A stretch of 64,000 nucleotides of DNA from Stegostoma tigrinum (taxonomy: Eukaryota). Position 1 is the stretch's first letter; the number at the start of each line of letters is the position of its first letter. Location: positions 10,549,914 through 10,613,913 of the forward strand of contig NC_081386.1 in assembly GCF_030684315.1 (NCBI RefSeq), given 5' to 3'. Below the pieces are notes generated by a model. It searched no databases and was not told the origin of the DNA. It worked only from the letters and a program-made list of their open reading frames with translations. Position numbers and translations under genes: made by a program. This document shows positions 24,946 through 38,569 of this stretch, one piece after another.

Positions 24946-25983
24946 TTGGATTGAATCTTGCCTAATATTGTTACATTTAATACGTGGATGATATTTCCAG
25001 GCATTTAATATATCTGGTTTCAATTTCTTTTTCTAAAGGGCTAAACATTCTTTAGTGCAAGGTAGATTATTAATTTAAACAGAACCAAATTCATCCCTGA
25101 CCTCTTAAGTAGGGTTGAACAAACTTTAAGAGGGAGGGTGGGCAGATAGGAAGATTTAGACCTGTGTTGAAGAAACAGTGCACTGTTCCTTGTCAGTGTC
25201 TCAATTTATCTGCCGAACAGTCAGGAACATGTGACTGCTCTAGTCCTGAAAAGCAAACACAGGAGGACTGAGCCTGAATAATCAAAGCAGTGAAGAAATC
25301 CGAACAGATGCCAATGCTAGATCAAAGAGACTCCACAAATAAACTGGAGAATAAGTGGGAGCTCTGGGAGTTTCTCTGCACTTGCTCAAGCTGCATGAGT
25401 TGTCTGAGCTCTTGGCATGTTCAAATTAGCTGGGAGAGGGGCTCCATTTCATTGCTTCAGCTTTTTTGTTGTTTTTGTTCTAATTCCGTGTTTGAAGACA
25501 TTTCAGTATTTAAAAACAACAGCCATTTTCCAACAGCTTCTGATTTTCAAGAATAGATTCAATGAATAGACTAATCCAGGCAGAATAGATTTAGCTTCAG
25601 CTACTTGATTTCTATGGAAGTTTCAAATACAAATGATCCATTCATTCAGTAAATAATATCGCCGTGTTATTAGCTTATTAAGGTATGAGTGTGCTTCTAG
25701 AGATAAGCAGTGCATTTGAGCTTCGAATTTTTGGAAAATATATGTTTTACATATTTATTTAATGCCTTACTTTTTATATCTATTAAAAATATTTTAAAAA
25801 GTTAACATTAAACATAGTTTGAGAAACTATCTGATCAGTTTAGATAGTATAAAGAGAGAATGCAGAGATGATAAAGTCAGATTTACGGCATAGAAATAAA
25901 ACTCTTCAGCTTATCACATTCTTGCTGCTGCATTCGACGCCTGGTCTTTATCAATATAAATTATTGTTAACTAGTCAAGAATA

Positions 25984-26272
25984 ATCACAGAATCCCTACA
26001 GTATGGAAGCAGGCCATTTGGGCAATCAAGCCCACACCAAACCTCTGAAGAGCAACTCACCCAGACTCAGTTCGTCACCCTGCATTTCCCATTGGCAATC
26101 CACCGAACCTGCGCGTCTTTGTACTGTGGGAGGAAACCAGAATACCCCAAGGAAACCCACGCAGACACAGGGAGAATTTGCAAACTCCACACAGTTGCCT
26201 GAGGGTTGAATCAAACCTGGACCCCTGGCACCATGAGGCAGTGGTGCTAACCATTGAGACACTGTGCCACGC
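25984..26272 (-). mobile_element. HE1-like V-SINE
   Basis: tRNA head (gaatcaaacctggacccctggcaccatgaggcagtggtgctaacca), V-domain and CR1-like tail. Confidence 0.9.
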
Positions 26273-26649
26273 ATCTATTTAACTAATTGCAGGTATTAAA
26301 TGCAATTGCCAAATGTTATATTTGGACCCAAGTCAAAATGTTGGTGAGTAGAGATTATTATCCAATTGACGATATTTATGATGAGGTATGGGTTAATTTT
26401 GTGCCAAATAGACAATATCTACTTCAAGAAGGTCAATGAATATCAAGGTAAGAACACAAAACATTAGATTCACCAATATGGCTCTCCTAACTTGATATGT
26501 TTTGCTCCTTTGACCTTTTGAAATGAAATAAATTTGTTCTTACAACAAATTAGACACTTGAGGGGGTTTAAAATCTTTGAATGGGTTAAGTGAACGGGAA
26601 TTCTTTTTCAGTATTCAGCCAGAATGATTAAAAACTTTATTAAACAATT

Positions 26650-26909
26650 AAACCTTTATCTCTGATAACAAAGTGCAGAGCTGGATGAACATAGCAGGCG
26701 AAGCAGCATCTTAGGAGCACAAAAGCTGACATTTCGGGCCTAGACCCTTCATCAGAAAAGCTTTTCTGATGAAGGGTCTAGGCCCAAAACGTCAGCTTTT
26801 GTGCTCTTAAGATGCTGCTTGGCCTGTTATGTTCGTCCAGCCCCACACTTTGTTATCTCAGATTTTCCAGTATCTACAGTTCCCATTATCTCTGAAATCT
26901 TTATCTCTG
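26650..26909. mobile_element. Loop-less palindromic Penelope-derived mini-element with two back-to-back hammerhead motifs
   Basis: About 97-bp arms centred on gaaaag|cttttc at 26760/26761, plus an unpaired tail of about 35 nt; TSD aaa(c/t)ctttatctctg at 26650-26664 and 26895-26909. Confidence 0.9.
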
Positions 26910-27734
26910 CATGACTCCTGAGGTCTGCCCATGGTGGATATGTGTTGAGAGTCCATTTAGGTGGGATGCGAGTTGGGTGGTTGAGGTGGATTGCTTGGCA
27001 GGGCAATCAAAGGGGCATGGGTTGACATTATGGGCACATTGGGGACTAGGTGGGGAGGTGAGAAGAGAGGGTTAGTAGATCTAACGGCTTCTAAAACAAC
27101 TGAGATGAAGTCCCAGAGAACTGAGGTGAACCTAAATAAAACACTCAGTGTTCACTTACCCTGGTGGTTGGATCCATTTCTGGAACGGGCAGGCCTGACT
27201 CCATCCTTCCCCTATTTCCCAGCAGTAAAATTTGGGTATAACATAGCCCTTAAAACTGAAGTGGAAATTTCCTGATTTAGGCTATTATGTAGTGATAATC
27301 TTGCCCTAACTTGCAGAATTGCACTGAGAATTTGGGAAAGGAAATGTCATCTGTTAATTGCAGAGAAGAAACTGGAAATTAATTATTAAAATTCTATGCC
27401 AAAAAATGCTGATTTCTCTTTGGAGACTCAGTTTTGACACTATTTTGAAAATCTGCTTTGCACCAAAGCAAAATAGGTTTTGTCAGAACAATGCAATGTG
27501 CCTGGTTCCTCAAACATTATCTTCAGCCTTTCACTAGGCCCTTTACTTCAAAAAAAACTACCCATGAGTAAAATCTTCAAATCAAGTGTGATACTTTTAT
27601 TAAACTCATTGAGTGTTAGTGCTGCTAACTGACTTTGCCCTGTATTTTGAATGAATTGTTCCAACTTTTCCTGAGGCTGACATCTTATCTTTGATTGTTC
27701 CTACATCTATTATTGTATTGAAGGCTAACAACAC

Positions 27735-27852
27735 AGAAAAGCATGTTTCTGATGAAGGGTCTAGGCCTGAAACGTCAACTTTTGTGCTCCTAAGATACTG
27801 CTTGGCCTGCTATGTTCATCCAGCTCCACACTTTGTTATTTTAGAAAAGCAT
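27735..27852 (+). mobile_element. About 100-bp Penelope terminal-repeat insertion with intact hammerhead core and 10-bp TSD
   Basis: CTGATGAAGGGTCTAGGCCTGAAACGTC at 27749-27776; TSD agaaaagcat at 27735-27744 and 27843-27852. Confidence 0.8.
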
Positions 27853-28129
27853 TGGCTGTCTACAAGGTCAAGTCAGCTAGTTCCATTCTCTGTATTTACC
27901 TAGTAACATTGTTTTTCTTTTCTATCTTCCAGTACTTATTGAGTTTCGATTTGAAATCCCCGATTGAATCTTCACCACAAATTGTAGCATTGAAAGTTAG
28001 AGTCCAAATCTTCATTGTATAGGTATCACACCACCTTTAGTTCTTTTGACAATCATGTGGAATCTGTTTCTCTTGTTTACAATATCCCATCAAAGTTAAT
28101 GTCTTTTCTGTCATAGATATTTACATTTT

Positions 28130-28897
28130 GGAGTAGATCTGTAGCTCAGGTTGTGGGTGTTGATGTTGTTTGGCTCGCTGAGCCGGTTTGTTGTTTAGCA
28201 GACATTTTATTACCGTGCTGGGTAACATCCTCAGTGCAGCCTCCGATGAAGCGTCGGTCTGTTTTCCCACCTGGTTTTTAAACTCTGGGGTCTGTTACGA
28301 TGGATTGCCTCACTTCGGGGTTTCCTCCGGAGTGGAATGTATATGGGGTCGAGTTCAATGTGTTTATTAATAGCATGCTTCGTGGAGTGCCATGCGCCCA
28401 GGAATTCTCGTAATTGTCTCTGCCTAACCTGTCCCAGGATCTGGGTGTTGTCCAAGTTGAAGTCGTGGCTCTCCTTGTCCATGTTTCCTTCCTGTTCTTC
28501 CCCTAACAACAAGAGTACATTAACACCAACTGGCTACAAAAAGACACAACCAATACTCACTCATCTCAATCCACATGGACAAGGATAGCCATCACTTTGA
28601 CTGGGACAACACCCAGAACCTGAGTCAGGCTAGGCAGAGACAAGCATGAGAATTCCTGGAAGCATGGCACTCCACGAAGCATGTTATTAATAAACACATT
28701 GAACTCGACCCCATATACATTCCACTATTGAGGAAACCCGGAAGTGAGGCCATCCACCGCAATGAACCCCAGAGTTTAAAAATCAGATGGGAAAACACAC
28801 CAACGCTTCATCAGAGGCTGCACTGAGAATGTTACCAAGCACCATAACAAAATGTCTGCGAAACAACAAACCAGTTTAGCGAGCCAACCAACCTCAA
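28130..28897. mobile_element. Penelope-like (Poseidon-type) foldback fragment
   Basis: Arms at about 28160-28484 and 28573-28897; they encode HDFNLDNTQILGQVRQRQLREFLGAWHSTKHAINKHIELDPIYIPL (GIY-YIG C-terminus). Confidence 0.9.
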
Positions 28898-29646
28898 TGG
28901 ATATCTAAACGCCCCATGATTTTGATAAGTTCTATGGAACCTTCTCCTCAACTCTCTTTCTCCAAGGGTAACATTATCCCTCAACTTATTCTGCAACTCA
29001 AGTCTCACATCGTATTAGTGAATCTGTTCTGCACCAACTCTAAAGCCTTCCAATCTTTCCAAAAGCATAGCGTTGAGAATTGGACACCAGCTCAGGTGAG
29101 GTCAAAACAGTATTCTTAAAAAAAAAGTTCTTCAAAATTTACTTTCTATTCTACTCTATGCTTCAAATTTTTAAAACTATACATTTTTTTCAACCAATCT
29201 TCCAATTTGCCCTGCAAGTTTTAATACTTTGTGCTGCCACGAGATCCCGTTGTTCACACATCCCTTTCAGACATGTACCATTGCCTTTTCTTACGGTCCC
29301 CACCAAATCTATCCATTCACATTTGTCGGCAATATATTTCATTTCCCTGTGTCAGCCCATCCAGCCAGTCTATGTTCTTTTGAACTTCACTTTTGCGCTC
29401 AATTCACTCTTTCAGTTTGAGTACTGCAAGCCAGTTAAAAAGAAACAAGCACATATGAACGCCTACAAACCACAAATCTCAAAAATTGTCCGTTCACCTG
29501 TCAACATCATGCTACTCCTGCAACCCAATTATGTCAAGTTATTGGCTTATCACTAACAATTCAGTTTAATCTTTTATAATCACATAAAAGATTTGCATAA
29601 CCTTTTATTTGTATTTAGCCATTTTTCATTCACCTCTTATTTCCAG

Positions 29647-29844
29647 TCTGTGTCTATGTATGAGACAATAAGGTGTAGAGCTGGATGACCACAGCAGGCC
29701 AAGCAGCATCAGAGGAGCAGGAAGGCTGACGTTTCAGGCCTAGGCCCTTCTTCAGAAATTTCTGCTGTGTTCATCCAGCTCTACACCTTGTTATCTCAGA
29801 TTGTCCAGCATCTGCAGTTCCTACTATCTCTGTGTCTATGTATG
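29647..29844. mobile_element. Penelope-derived foldback mini-element with perfect 16-bp TSD and intact hammerhead core
   Basis: TSD tctgtgtctatgtatg at 29647-29662 and 29829-29844; minus-strand CTGAAGAAGGGCCTAGGCCTGAAACGTC at 29728-29755. Confidence 0.9.
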
Positions 29845-30310
29845 GTTTAGGTACTCCTTCCTGTGTGTTGTAATTAACAACTGCTTCTTTCTTAATTCAA
29901 GGAAGCGCGGTTGAACTGGCTACTTTTAAATGCCATTTCATTTTGGGTTTGGGAGAAAAGCATCTGCAAGGGATCCTTTTGAAATTATTGCAATCATTCA
30001 AGGGATGTGTTAGTAAAGAAAGGGAACCAGTTCATCCTGCCTCACCCAGACACAGAACAGTTTGGGATATTGCACTGGAACTGTTATGAATTTGGGAACA
30101 TTACCTTGAATTTGGTTGTAACAGTAAGCCAATCTAAAAAGGTTGATTGAGACAGATCTGAGACTAATGTGCTCTTGATAATCTCTGCACAATATAATTT
30201 CTTCTATATATAATCTGTAAATAACAATAATGATGTAATAAATTTCCTATTGTTTATTCAAAAGGCTCGTCAGTTAGAACCAGAAAGGTTGCTATCTTCA
30301 TCCTTAGGCT

Positions 30311-30603
30311 NNNNNNNNNNNNNNNNNNNNNNNNNNNNNNNNNNNNNNNNNNNNNNNNNNNNNNNNNNNNNNNNNNNNNNNNNNNNNNNNNNNNNNNNNN
30401 NNNNNNNNNNNNNNNNNNNNNNNNNNNNNNNNNNNNNNNNNNNNNNNNNNNNNNNNNNNNNNNNNNNNNNNNNNNNNNNNNNNNNNNNNNNNNNNNNNNN
30501 NNNNNNNNNNNNNNNNNNNNNNNNNNNNNNNNNNNNNNNNNNNNNNNNNNNNNNNNNNNNNNNNNNNNNNNNNNNNNNNNNNNNNNNNNNNNNNNNNNNN
30601 NNN
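30311..30603. other. Assembly gap (293 N)
   Basis: Run of n characters. Confidence 1.
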
Positions 30604-30634
30604 GTTGACACACTATTCTTCAGCCTTCTTTGAA

Positions 30635-31380
30635 GACTGGATAGTGTTCTCAAACATTCACTCGTAAGGGTCCAGGTACATAATTCTTTGAAACTTATGT
30701 CACAGGTAGACAGGTTGGTTAAGAGAGCATTTGGCATGATTGCCTTCATTGTTCAGACCACTGAGTATAGGAGTTGAGATTACACGTTGTGTTTTTGTAC
30801 AGGGTTTTTGAGAAGCCACATTTGGAATACGATGTGCAGTTCTGGTCACCCTGCTGTAGGAAGGGTATTATTAAATTGGAGAGGATTCAGAAAATATTTA
30901 CCAGGATGTTTCAGGGAAGAACAGAATTGAGTTATCAGGAGAGGGTGGTTAGGCTGGGACTTCTTTCAGAGGAGGTTGAGGAGTGACCTGAGAGAAGTGT
31001 ATAAAATTATGAGTGGTATAGATAAGGTGACTAGCAAAGGGGTTTCCATTTGGAATAGGTAAACAGAGCCCAAACTAGAGGATAGTTTCTAAAGTGAGAG
31101 GAGAAAGATTTAAAAGGGACCTGAGGGGTAACTTTTCTACACAGGGCAGTTCGTATATGGAATGAGAACCAGAGAAAGTGACAGATACAGGTGCAACTAC
31201 AATTATTGTTACAACATTTAAAGGGCATTTGGATAAGTACATGAATAAGAAGGATTTCGAGGGATATGGGTCAAATGCAGGCAAGTGAGACTAATTTAGT
31301 TTGGAAAACTTAGTCAGCACGGACAAGTTGGACTGAAGGGTCTGTTTCTGCACTGTAAGACTCTGACTTTATGATTCTAT
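30635..31380 (+). mobile_element. CR1 LINE 3' portion
   Basis: KPHLEYDVQFWSPCCRKGIIKLERIQKIFTRM; tail gaagggtctgtttctgcactgtaagactct..atgattctat. Confidence 0.9.
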
Positions 31381-32458
31381 AATGGAGTAGTGTTTGAAAT
31401 TTTCCAGTTCTGGCACCGCCATATATCAATAGGGAAATAGAAGATTATACCAGAGCCTTCATAACTTTCACCCTACTTCTCCTGCAATACTCAATGCGTT
31501 CCATCTGGCTCTGGTGACTGGCCAAAAGTGGACTCTGTCTCTTTAATACGTCCTCTATTAGCATTTACCCAGTCTCAGTTACCCCTTTTCTCATTATGAT
31601 TTTGGTAGCAGCTTCTTCCTTGGTGAAAGGAGATGAAAAATATTTGTTTAGAGCCTCAAGTGTGCCCTCTATTTCCATGCGTAGTTTCCATTTTTGGGTC
31701 TTTTATTAAATACACAGGTCTTCTACTATTCTTCTATTATGTTTATGCCTATGGAAAATGTATTTATTTGGAAATTGTTTGTGAGTCACATGTTCCCAGA
31801 AAGGGTAGTGATCCATTGTGTGCCACTTCCAGGTATCCACCTGTTGCTGGAACTCCAGAGATCTGTCTGGTCAACTGATCCATGTCTGAGCATTGGTTTA
31901 CTGCAGTCTACAAACAAGCTGACTTGGTTAAGGTGAGTCCATTTGTGAGCTATTGCCACACTGAGTGCTCCATGCTCTGAAGATTTCTGCTGCTGATAAC
32001 ACAGGATTTGTCACCCAGGAGTTAGCGCATTTAAATGTAATGAAATCTAAAATTTCTTTTGTGACTGCCTGGTTTGGTGTAACAAACTCCTCAGATATTT
32101 GGATATCTGAGGCTGTGAAGGTTCACTGATCCTTTTCTTTCACCTCCTACGTGATACCTGCTCTATCTTACTTGCTCTATTTTAAAGTTGCTGTTATTTT
32201 GATCTGTTTTGTTTGAACAAAGTTCCAAAATAGTGCAACAGCTTATAAAACAGTAATTATTCATTGAAAAATTCAAGGAAATCAACTCCAACACTAAAAA
32301 TACCTCTTAGCCACAATTCCGCATCTACTTCCATTTGGATTACCTCGAATCCTTATAAGAGATTTGAACAGGGAGATGAATTGGAAAGGTTGAGAAGGAT
32401 ATTTGTTAAACAGAACCAGTTTAGCTTGGGAAATCTGGTCAGCATGGATGAGTTATAG

Positions 32459-32735
32459 ATTATAGAATCCCTACAGTGTGGAAACAGGACCTTCGGCCCA
32501 ACAAGTCCAGCAAGAACCCATTCCCCCTAATCCTTGAACACTCTGGGCAATTTAGCATGGCCAATCCACCTAGCCTGCACCTCTTTGGACTGTGGGAGCA
32601 AACCAGAGGAAACCCACACAGACGCAAGGAGAATGTTCAAGCTCCACACAGATGGTCGCCCGAGGGTAGAATCAAACCTGGGTCCCCAGTGCTGTGAGGC
32701 AGCAGTGTTAGCCACTGAGCCACTGTGCTGCCCCG
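32459..32735 (-). mobile_element. HE1-like V-SINE, inserted in a CR1 3' tail
   Basis: Same diagnostic blocks as the other HE1-like copies. Confidence 0.9.
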
Positions 32736-33289
32736 CTAAAGATCTGTTTATGTGCTTTATGACTCTAAGAGTCTCTGTAAAAGATCATAGCCAGGAACAT
32801 TTGTAGTTATGTGCAGCATCTTGACCGGGTGCAGACTTTTTCACTTAAGCTATGCAGAGAGTTGTGGTCCAATGTCAGGGTTTGAGTAGAACTGCAAAGG
32901 CACAGAATTTCCCACAGCCAGCTGGCATGCTTGTTCCCTGACTGAGTCCCTATTATCAGCCATTGGCCTCAAGAGTAGATCAAGCGAGCAAGGACTACCT
33001 GAATGATCCAATCGTTCTGGAGTTACAGGTTCTGCAGATGTCAGGAGGTGCCTTGCTGATGGCAGAGCTTGGAGCAGTGCTCCAAGACCACTTTCACAAA
33101 CTCACACACCACCCATCAATTGCTGGTAATGGATGTGGTTACATGCTATCACTTACAAGGGTTTCACCCCCACAGTGGTGCTCCAGTTGCTGTGGTCAGT
33201 ATTTATAAATTTCAAATAAATTCCAAATGGAAATTTCCTCACTCACTCTCGCTTTTCTGAAGTTCCAAGCCCACTGCAGCTGCTTTAGT

Positions 33290-34282
33290 GCTGGGAGGCC
33301 GCGCAGCATCCGAGGAGCAGGAAAGTTGATGTTTTGTGTTGGAAGCCCCCAGTCTTCACATGTCACTCCACCAACGTCTGCATCCAATGTATCATTCTCT
33401 GCCACTTCCGCCACCCACAACCTGACCCCACAATCAAAGAGATATTTCCCTCCCCCAGCCCCTATCTGCCTTTCATAGGGATCACTCTCTCTGCGACTCC
33501 TTTGTCTGCTCCATGCTCTGCACTTATCCCACCACCGCAAGGCACCTTTCCTTGCAACAGCAGTAAGTGCTACACGTGCCCATACATCTGACCACCACAC
33601 CCCCCACACCCTACCTCACCTCCATCTAAGGCCATAAACAAACCTTACAAATCAGACAGGAGTTCACCTGCACATCTGTCAACTTGGTCGACTGTATCCG
33701 CTGCTCCCGATGTGGCCTCCTCTACATCGGTGAGACCAAGCATTGACACAGAGACCATTTTGTTGAGCATCTGGGCTTTGTACACAACAAACGGCAACAC
33801 CTTCCAGTCGCCAACCATTTTAACTTCCCCTCCCACTCTCTGGATGACATGTCCATCCTCCAGTGTGACAATGATGCCACACACAAACTGGAGGAGCAGC
33901 ATCTCATATTCCGCCTCAGGACCCTACAGCCTGATGGCCTAAACATGGAATTCGCTGATTTTAAAATCTCCCCACCCCTGGCCTCATCCCATGTCCAACC
34001 CTCCCTCTCATCCCCACCTCCTTGACCTGACACTACCTGCCCTTTTTCTTCCCTACCTATCCGGCCTACCCTTCCTGCTGATCGATCCTCGCCAGCCCCT
34101 ACCTTCACCCACCGATCACCACGCCACTTACCTTTCCCTAGTGCCATGCATCCTCCCTCCCACCTCCTTGATCCGACATAACCTGTCCATCTTCTCTCCC
34201 ACCTATCCACCCTGGCCTTCCCACTGACCAATCCCCACCCCTCCCTACCTGCACTCACCTATCACCATCCTGCCTACCTTCA
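33290..34282 (+). mobile_element. Penelope-like (Neptune-type) fragment: Cys linker, GIY-YIG endonuclease and pyrimidine-rich 3' region
   Basis: GTFPCNSSKCYTCPYI; FTCTSVNLVDCIRCSRCGLLYIGETK; LEEQHLIFRLRTLQPDGLNMEF. Confidence 0.9.
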
Positions 34283-35878
34283 ACAAAATGAAAATCTTGC
34301 TGATGATCTGTCTTATATCAGAAACGTTATTATGACAGGTTATGGGGCTGAAATAATGGTGTCATCTGCCAGGTCTTCAATTTCTGTTTCTTATGACAAG
34401 ATTCTTGTACACAGTAGGTGTCTGGAGTGAACTTTATTGGTGATCTTCCAGTTTTCATGATCTAGAACACACAAAAGAAAGCAGAATTGGCTGTGCTCTC
34501 TATGGAATAGCTTGCAACCCCTGCTAAAAGAATTGCTGCCATAGTCTCGCCATAACTCTGTAGAACATGTTTGAATCCCTTAGGCACCCCATTGGGCCAA
34601 TTTTGATTTGGGCACTTGACAGGCAATATGAGAATTGCTTAACATTGAAATATCCAGCAAGATTGGACATGTTCATCTTGGGTGGTTTGTACATTCTGTT
34701 CCACCATTATGTTGTAATGGAGCAGCACTGGGGGATCTTGGGATTTACAACATCTCACCGCAAGGTCTTGATAGCTGGTTAGTCTGCGACTACTTTTAAG
34801 AAGTGATTATTATGTATTGTATGTGAATGTGGTTTCAAGTATTGAATGAGCGCAAAATTCACATAGGTATTAAAAAAAAACAAATGTTTGATTTAATTAA
34901 AAAAAAAATGGAATCATTTGAGATTGTTGATCAAATGGGAGGTTCTCTTGTGTGAACATTTTGGACATAATGACTGAAGATGGTGTTCATTGACAGCTGC
35001 AATCTCTTTAAACAGGCCAAGTAGAATAATATTGACTAGTTTACTTTTGTGCCGTATTGTTGTGCTGGCAAAATCGGAGCAATCATTTCCAAGATCCAAA
35101 CCGTCCAAAGCCTTGTCGAGAATTGAAACGTGGCGTTGACTTTTATCATTGTGCAACACATTTTCCAAGTTCAGCTAACCATTATGACCAAGTTTATGCG
35201 TGTTTCTAAGTTTCTGTTCCTGGTCAATTTTGCTGCTAAATACACTTCACAGGTACTTTGGAGCCTGGCTAATACACATTCTGCCGGAAGAATAGAAGTA
35301 ACAGGTGTGATAGCTAAAGTTGGTTCTCAATTTTCTTTATACGGCTCAGGTTGCAAATTCAAAACTGAAAGCAGAAGTTGCTGGAAATGCTCAACAAGTC
35401 TGGCAGCATTTGTGGAGAGAAAGCCTAGTTAATGTTTCGGGTCCAGTGAACCTTCTTCAGAAATCAGGGTGACAAATTCCTTTCAGCATCACTTTTGCTA
35501 GTGGGTCAGTTATATTTGGTATTATTTCCATTAGACTGGGCATTTTCTTCCAGTCAACTGATAAATTAAGTGGCCAGTTTGATTCGATGAGTAGCATGTT
35601 TCAGCTTTTTTAAATGCCACATAACTGCAGAGGAAAGTTTGGAGGTATCTGATTTTTAATTTGATTTTGATTTTTATTATCATGTGTACCCAAGTACAGG
35701 AGTACAGTCAAACTGTATAATGACGCCATACAAGGTACCATCTGGCGACAAGTGCCTAGGTGCAGAATCTTAAGAACAAGGTACAAAGAAAGAAAAAAAA
35801 AGTTAAACATTGCAGTAATTATAATACAGTGTAAAATATACAAAATAAGCTGAAAAGTTGCTGACCTTCTTAGTTTTA

Positions 35879-36190
35879 TCATAGGATCCCTACACTGTGG
35901 AAACAGGCCCTTTGGCCCAACAAGTCCACACCAACACACAGAGCATCCCACCAGACCCATCCCCCTAATCTATACATCCCTGAACACTACAGGCAATTTA
36001 GCATGGCCAATCCACTTGGCCAGCACATCTTTGGACTGTGGGAGGAAACTGGAACACCTGGAAGAAACCCATACAGACACAGGGAGAATGTGCAAATTCC
36101 ACACAGACAGTTGCCCGAGGGTGGAATCAAACCTGGGTCTGCGGCAGTGTGAAGCAGCAGTGCTAACCACTGAGACACTGTGCCAGCCCC
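35879..36190 (-). mobile_element. HE1-like V-SINE
   Basis: Full head, V-domain and tail. Confidence 0.9.
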
Positions 36191-38569
36191 AATATGTGGA
36201 AACTAAAGAAATAAAGCTGAAAGTTAAAACATCACATTCTTTAAGTGCTTAGCCACAGTGAGATTGCACCTCTAGGAATCATCTTTAGACTGGAAGTCCA
36301 TGCTGAGTCCATGCTGGGCCAAGAAACCGCAATGTACCAATGACAGACCAGAATGCCAGGCCCAGAGACCGTCACTGGGCCAAGAGTTCACCACATCAGG
36401 CCTGTGTGCATTTCTTGTATCTGGTGTGTGTGTGAGTCCTTTTTTGGATTGCAATGCCCCTCGTGTGGGATCACAAAACAATCCTATTACCAGCTGTGCC
36501 ATGTCTGTGTTGCGCTGAGCGCCTGCCTACCCACATCCTGTTATAAATTGTCAAATTTGTGGTTAGGATTGGAAGGAAGCATATAACATCACATTTGGAA
36601 GTAGTAGTTTTATTCATGCCAAAATTGTGTTACTGCTTGCTGTGTTCCATGTGGAAAAACATGTCAAGTTACATAATTAGCACAAGCTGAATGGCAGTTT
36701 TGAAATAGCTGACATTGCTGACAACTCAAAGGCCTTTAATGTAAAGAGATGACATATGAAAATAAGTAATTACACTGGAAAAGCAGTGGGATATGGGCTC
36801 ATAACTTAAGCTGTAGGTCTTCCCCACATTTCTTCATTCATATTGTTGGAAGTAAACCATAAGTACATGACAGCTGAGTGGATCCAGTTCTTTAAGCCCT
36901 AAGATTTATTTTCTTGGAGAGTCTGCCTACACAGGAAAAAGAAATAGCTTTTTGATACATTATTTGGCATATGCCAATATTTTGGAGGTGAATGTGGAAT
37001 CCAAACATGATAATTTTGTTTAAATAAGAAAGGGGACTTCCACAGTTTTGTTGAAAACTGCTGTTATGTTGCCTTTTGGGAAATAATTATTTCACTGTTG
37101 TATTTCAAAGCTTCTATATCCCAGCAGTAACAGATTACCATTATTAGGGGGAAGCAAAAGAACCAATTAATTTTCTTTAAAAGAAACCTGCCTCACAGGA
37201 AATGGTGAGTTGAAACCTTATGTTACTGACTGACAGATAATTCCACTCAGTGATCTGGGCAGAAAATTAAAATTTGTATATTCTTCTCTCAAATGCTGAT
37301 TCATTCTTGCTGTGAACCAATGGTAAAAATCTAAGGGATTTTTGCAAGGATCATCCCATAAAAATGATTGTTTTGCTCTGAATTTCAATGAACACACGTT
37401 CTCTTAGTCTTTGCAAATTATAGATTATCGGTCTAACATGTAGGAACATCCATGTTGGCAACAGAACAGTCAAAGGTCTTTTGCCAAAAAGTAACCTGAA
37501 AATTATTTCAACCAACTTTTCAGTCGGTATCTCTCTTTCCAGCACTCTGCCACCGGTTTCCAAACACATTTTACTCTTGTACCCTCACTGAACCAAATAC
37601 AGAGAATGCTGGATGAGCTCAGCAGGTCTGACACCATCTATCGAGATAGAAACAGAGTTCATGTTTGAGTCTGATATGGCTCTTCTTTTGAACTGAACAC
37701 AATGCTACATTGACTCACTCTCTCACCTTGAAATCCATCATTTTTACCGTGTGGGGAGGAATAGCTTCCACTCCATTCCCAATGTGAACTGAAATTCTTA
37801 AAGTTGATTCAAATTGAGACTCTTGCCCAACATTCCCCAGGTCAAGTCTGCAACCACTTTTTTTTTCCACAACATACACCACCAATTAAAACAGCTCTCC
37901 CCTCTACTTCATGATGACACTCTATTCCCTACTGCCAGCCTTTGTTGGCAAACCTCGCTTCCTACTTATTCATGTTGATGGTCTCCTTCCTTTGAGCAGA
38001 GAAGGGCAGATTAAAGTTCAGCTTCTGGAAATCATGCGGAGTGTCAGTGGTGTCTAAGTTGGGGGGTTTTAACTGACCTTTGGACTCAGCTGATGCTGGG
38101 CAAGTAGAATTAAATCTATTTTTCTAATCAACCTGTTCAGAGATGGAGTAGGTGGCATTTGCTCCAGGTTTGGGACACAACCACTACGCCATAAGAACCC
38201 TGTACATGCAGGGTTAAAGTCGCTCCTTCATTACTAATTTCATCTGCAAGGATTGTGAACATGTAGACAAAACTTCACATATTTAAAAATGTGTAATGGC
38301 TGTATTATTTTCATTGCCAAATATTATGTAGAAAAACTTGATCATTAAAGATTAAAAATTATTGTGATCAATACATTCCGATAAATACTTAGCATAAGTA
38401 CAAAACAAGCTAAAGCTAGCAGAGAAACATAAGCTTCATTCAGCACTGACATTTATTTTGTGGCTTTAGTTTCCATAGATATTGCCCTGCAATTTGCTAA
38501 AAGTTAGATGCACTCTCAGGGCAAAGTAATATGCAACAGATTGATTGTTATCAATTGTTATTTATTTTA

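Noticed and set aside
25984-26272. tRNA-like A/B boxes as a tRNA gene
   Set aside because: These are SINE heads followed by a V-domain and LINE tail; no full cloverleaf.
30250-30749. ORFs spanning X runs
   Set aside because: Artefacts of the N gap.
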